Origin: Acidimicrobiia bacterium
GTDB taxonomy: Bacteria; Actinomycetota; Acidimicrobiia; Spongiisociales; JAHEDJ01
Length of the DNA stretch: 20,000 nucleotides
Assembly: GCA_029210695.1 (NCBI GenBank)
Contig: JARGFH010000012.1
Location: forward strand, 45,246-65,245
Direction of reading: 5' to 3'
A model generated the notes under the pieces. The model saw only the letters and a program-made list of their open reading frames with translations, did not search any database and was not told where the DNA came from. This document shows, piece by piece, positions 16,967-20,000 of the stretch. The stretch's first letter is position 1. Every line of letters starts with the position of its first letter. Position numbers and translations under genes: made by a program.

Positions 16967-17401
16967 TCACGGAATAGCGAGTTCGATCGTCGCTCCGCAG
17001 TAACCCTCGACCGAATCCCGGGCACCTACGACCACGATCGTGACGCCGTCCGGTATCGGGACTCCACTCAACGAGCGTGTGAACGGCTGCTCAGTTTCGT
17101 GCGGGTGCTCCAGGATGCGGGTTCCGAGCGCCGTTCCCTCGGGGGTCCAAACCGTCCACTCATCGGCGTATTTCTCCCACCCTTCATCCGGCGAGGCTAC
17201 GGTCACAGAAAAGGTGTAGGTGCCGTCCCCGGCTTGAACGGCCTCGACGGCCACGACATTCGCACAGCGGTCCGCCCCCTGCATTTCCGTCGTCGAGGTC
17301 GGAATCGTCTGATTCGCGCCGGGCGACCCGGTGGTCGCCGGTTCGGCGTCTGTTGTGCCACAGGCAGCCAACGCCAGGGCGAGCAAGAGCACTATTCGCA
17401 T
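16967..17401 (-). CDS. Putative lipoprotein of unknown function (144 aa)
   Basis: Lipobox LALAAC, Thr/Pro-rich linker, beta-rich domain with YADEW, RILEHPH and EQPFTRS. TATGCT -10 lies 6 nt before the ATG. Confidence 0.8.
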   Translation of the reverse strand: MRIVLLLALALAACGTTDAEPATTGSPGANQTIPTSTTEMQGADRCANVVAVEAVQAGDGTYTFSVTVASPDEGWEKYADEWTVWTPEGTALGTRILEHPHETEQPFTRSLSGVPIPDGVTIVVVGARDSVEGYCGATIELAIP

Positions 17402-17503
17402 TCTCCGAGCATACGTTCACCCGGCGGCTACACCGGCGGGGACAGGCCCAACGATTGAACCGACTGCGAAATTCTCACTCCACGACTTGCTCCAAGGACA
17501 TTG

Positions 17504-17525
17504 TGTCACACCCCCCTGTCAGAGT
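17504..17525 (+). promoter_or_regulatory. PafBC/RecA-NDp-like promoter for a leaderless hypothetical gene
   Basis: TGTCAC-ACCCCCCTGT-CAGAGT, followed after 6 nt by the ATG at 17532; same geometry as the lhr promoter. Confidence 0.55.
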
Positions 17526-17531
17526 GATGGT

Positions 17532-17921
17532 ATGACAGCAGCTTGCCGCCACAACGTCACATGGGAAGGATCGACCGGAGTAGTTGCGTGCGCCTCATGC
17601 GGAGCCGTCGAATGGTGGTCCGATGGACGGCCGCTGGATGCCGCCGAAGGCATGGCCCGGCTGTTCGGGCGATTCGAGCTTGTGAGCACTATGCCATCGC
17701 TGCATGCTCCCGCTCCCGATATACTCGCCTATCGCCCACCATCGCGCCGGGCGCGGGCGCGCCTCGGAGCATTCCCGATCCACCAGTGGCTGCTCGTTTC
17801 CGACGGGCTGTGGTTGACCCACGACGGCACGCTACTGCTGCTGTGCCCGACCGATCCCGTACTCGCTTCCAATATGTGGTCGGGCGTCGAGACGAGCCCT
17901 CAGGAGGTGGGAACGAGATAG
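17532..17921 (+). CDS. Hypothetical 129-aa protein with an N-terminal CxH-x12-CxxC putative Zn ribbon
   Basis: MTAACRHNVTWEGSTGVVACASCGAVEWW..., in frame with ORF 17331..17921. Fills an otherwise empty gap and has a correctly spaced promoter. Overlaps the convergent methyltransferase by 22 nt. Confidence 0.65.
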   Translation: MTAACRHNVTWEGSTGVVACASCGAVEWWSDGRPLDAAEGMARLFGRFELVSTMPSLHAPAPDILAYRPPSRRARARLGAFPIHQWLLVSDGLWLTHDGTLLLLCPTDPVLASNMWSGVETSPQEVGTR

Positions 17922-18964
17922 CCACCGAAGGGCTCCACTACTCGATCAACGAGCCTGCCTTCGCCGGCCACCAGTACGTACTCGAGATTTCGAAGGTGAG
18001 AAACCTCCCCAACCCGTTGACCCTGTGGATCGTGAATACCGATCTGCGCACCGACATAGCGCTTCGAGTCGAAAGCGAGGGCGAGTACCCGGCCCCGCCC
18101 CTGCAGCAACTCAACCAGCGCATCGAAGTCGATCCAGGACTCGTTGTTGTAGGAGAGGACGAGGAGGGTGGCATCGATCTTCGCGATCACGGCCCCGAGG
18201 GCAGCGGGCATCTCGCGCTTCTTGTTGAACACGCTCTTGGTCGCATCCTCACGGCTGTCTAATCGCTTGCAGGCGACGCCGTAATGCTCGGGGTGATCCC
18301 AGGCGACGAGCGTCTCCCAGATGTGATAATTCGTGAAGTAGCGGTGCTGGTTATAGGGAGGATCGAGGTAGGCGAGATCAAACGAACCGAGCTGTCCGGC
18401 CAGCTCAACTGCATCGCCTCTCACGACCTGCCCACCGCCGGCCAAAAGATCGGGAACCCGCAGTTCGAGCGGTTTGAACGAACGCGGCGCCCACTTCTTC
18501 ACATACGCCATCTGAACGCCGGTCGTTGAGTCGACCCGGTCTGCCGCCAGGATGAGCGACGTCAACAGCACCGGATACATCCACGAATCGCGATAGTCCG
18601 ACTCAATCACCTCCCGGATCGCATCGACTCGCTCAGCGTTGTGCGGTTGGAAGAAACGGGATTGGTGGCTGAACGTGTCCGTGAAATACCCCGCCGAGCC
18701 TTCCAGGCCGTTCAGCCGGTCGAGGGCGTCCACCACCTCGTCAGTGTCGGCGGTGTCGGCATCGATTTCGAGGTAGCACTTGCCAAAGACCTCCGAATAC
18801 CTCGCCGTATCTACCGCAGTGACGAGCGCGCCCTCTTCTTTGAAGGCGCGCGCCACCCTCGTCGTCCCGGTGAACAGGTCGAGGGCGGTGGCGGCACCCG
18901 ACCGGACCAGCAGGTCACCGAGCACCGGCACGAGACGCCGCTTGGATCCGAGGTATTTGATCAT
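17900..18964 (-). CDS. N6-adenine DNA methyltransferase, D12/FokI-like class, apparently orphan (354 aa)
   Basis: MIKYLGSKRRL, DLFTGT (motif I), DLAYLDPPYN (motif IV) and LSYNNE motifs. Confidence 0.92.
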   Translation of the reverse strand: MIKYLGSKRRLVPVLGDLLVRSGAATALDLFTGTTRVARAFKEEGALVTAVDTARYSEVFGKCYLEIDADTADTDEVVDALDRLNGLEGSAGYFTDTFSHQSRFFQPHNAERVDAIREVIESDYRDSWMYPVLLTSLILAADRVDSTTGVQMAYVKKWAPRSFKPLELRVPDLLAGGGQVVRGDAVELAGQLGSFDLAYLDPPYNQHRYFTNYHIWETLVAWDHPEHYGVACKRLDSREDATKSVFNKKREMPAALGAVIAKIDATLLVLSYNNESWIDFDALVELLQGRGRVLALAFDSKRYVGAQIGIHDPQGQRVGEVSHLRNLEYVLVAGEGRLVDRVVEPFGGYLVPTS

Positions 18965-19008
18965 TCCAGGCAGGCAAAGTACCACGGCCGCACGGGGGGA
19001 TCCGGCGT

Positions 19009-19037
19009 TTGACTATTGCCCCCGCACGCTCCAGCAT
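19009..19037 (+). promoter_or_regulatory. Housekeeping sigma (SigA-type) promoter for the leaderless hydrolase gene
   Basis: TTGACT (19009-19014)-N17-CAGCAT (19032-19037), 6 nt before the ATG at 19044; no RBS. Confidence 0.55.
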
Positions 19038-19043
19038 CTCACC

Positions 19044-19928
19044 ATGCCTATCGCCCACCTGAGGAACACAGACATCTTCTACGAAACCTTCGGCGACGCC
19101 GCCGACCAACATGTGCTCCTCATCGCCGGTCTCGGGGGGCAGTTGCTGGTCTGGGAAACCGAGTTCTGCAGACGTCTGGCCGACACCGGTACCCGGGTGA
19201 TCCGCTTCGACAACCGAGACGTCGGACTCTCCACCATGTTCGACGATGCCGAACTCGACCTGTCGATGGCCCTCAGCGAGGCACTGGCAGGTAGAGCGAT
19301 CGAAGTCCCCTACACGCTCTCTGATATGGCCGGCGACGCCCTGGGCCTGATGGATCATCTCGGGATCGAACGCGCGCATCTGGTGGGAGTATCGATGGGC
19401 GGCATGATCGCCCAGACTCTGGCGGCAGAGCACCCGGACCGCGTTGCCTCTTTGACGTCGATCATGTCGAGTACCGGGAGCCGGATGGTCGGCCAGGCAA
19501 CACCCGCCGCAATAGCCGTTCTCTTCGAGCGCCCTCCGACAGACCGCGACGGGGCTATCGATGCCTCGATGCAGGCCCAGCGAGTGATCGGGAGCCCGGC
19601 GTACTTCGACACCGAAGCGGCGCGCGCTCACGCAGGGGCTGCCTACGACCGATCCTTCAATCCGGAAGGCTCAGGCAGGCAACTCGCCGCCATCTACGCG
19701 GCCGGCAACCGTTCCGACCAGGTAGCCGCTATCTCCACTCCGACACTGGTCATTCACGGAGCGCAGGACCCGCTGGTCGACATCTCGGGTGGCCGGCACA
19801 CCGCAGAGATCATCCCGGGCGCAGAGCTCCTGATCATCGACGACATGGGCCACGATCTCCCCCGCCCATTGTGGGACAAGCTCATCGAGGCTATCTCAGC
19901 CCATGTGCGGACCGCTTCCACCCCCTAA
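19044..19928 (+). CDS. Alpha/beta fold hydrolase (294 aa)
   Basis: LLIAGLG, RFDNRDVGLS, nucleophile GVSMGG, IHGAQDPL and MGHDLP (Ser-Asp-His triad). Confidence 0.93.
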   Translation: MPIAHLRNTDIFYETFGDAADQHVLLIAGLGGQLLVWETEFCRRLADTGTRVIRFDNRDVGLSTMFDDAELDLSMALSEALAGRAIEVPYTLSDMAGDALGLMDHLGIERAHLVGVSMGGMIAQTLAAEHPDRVASLTSIMSSTGSRMVGQATPAAIAVLFERPPTDRDGAIDASMQAQRVIGSPAYFDTEAARAHAGAAYDRSFNPEGSGRQLAAIYAAGNRSDQVAAISTPTLVIHGAQDPLVDISGGRHTAEIIPGAELLIIDDMGHDLPRPLWDKLIEAISAHVRTASTP

Positions 19929-20000
19929 GCCTGGATCCACCGATTCGGTTGGCTGGTGGTGGTTTTGGGGGTTGAATCGGGGTCGGGTGGGCCGGATTGT

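Noticed and set aside
7577..18964. Restriction-modification system made of the PD-(D/E)XK-like gene and the adenine methyltransferase
   Set aside because: They are about 10 kb apart with unrelated genes between them, and nothing links them.

Overview
GC-rich, gene-dense bacterial chromosome segment whose gene content (TIGR03084-type protein, long Lhr, DUF4032, many apparently leaderless genes) points to Actinomycetota, possibly Acidimicrobiia; the taxon is inference. About 20 CDSs are supportable: a 5'-truncated CobT/NorD-like VWA protein with its MoxR/CbbQ-type AAA+ partner, a short Tag-like glycosylase, a LOG-family protein, a TIGR03084-BtpA-crotonase operon, a fasciclin, a VOC protein with a PD-(D/E)XK-like protein, HD-GYP, Lhr helicase, DUF971, DUF4032, SDR, flavin reductase, USP, a lipoprotein, a small Zn-ribbon hypothetical, an orphan adenine methyltransferase and an alpha/beta hydrolase. 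No rRNA, tRNA, CRISPR array or transposase was seen. Highlights: (1) the AAA+ ATPase has a reciprocal Walker A/Walker B residue swap (GKD / hhhhSE) with its other catalytic motifs intact; (2) three PafBC/RecA-NDp-like promoters (TGTCNN-N10-TANNNT) precede the Tag-like gene, lhr and an unannotated 129-aa CxH...CxxC protein, a candidate new DNA-damage gene; (3) a tandem pair of 49-bp palindromes abuts the lhr promoter; (4) a SigK-like promoter precedes the fasciclin. Family calls are from motif recognition only; no database searches were run.
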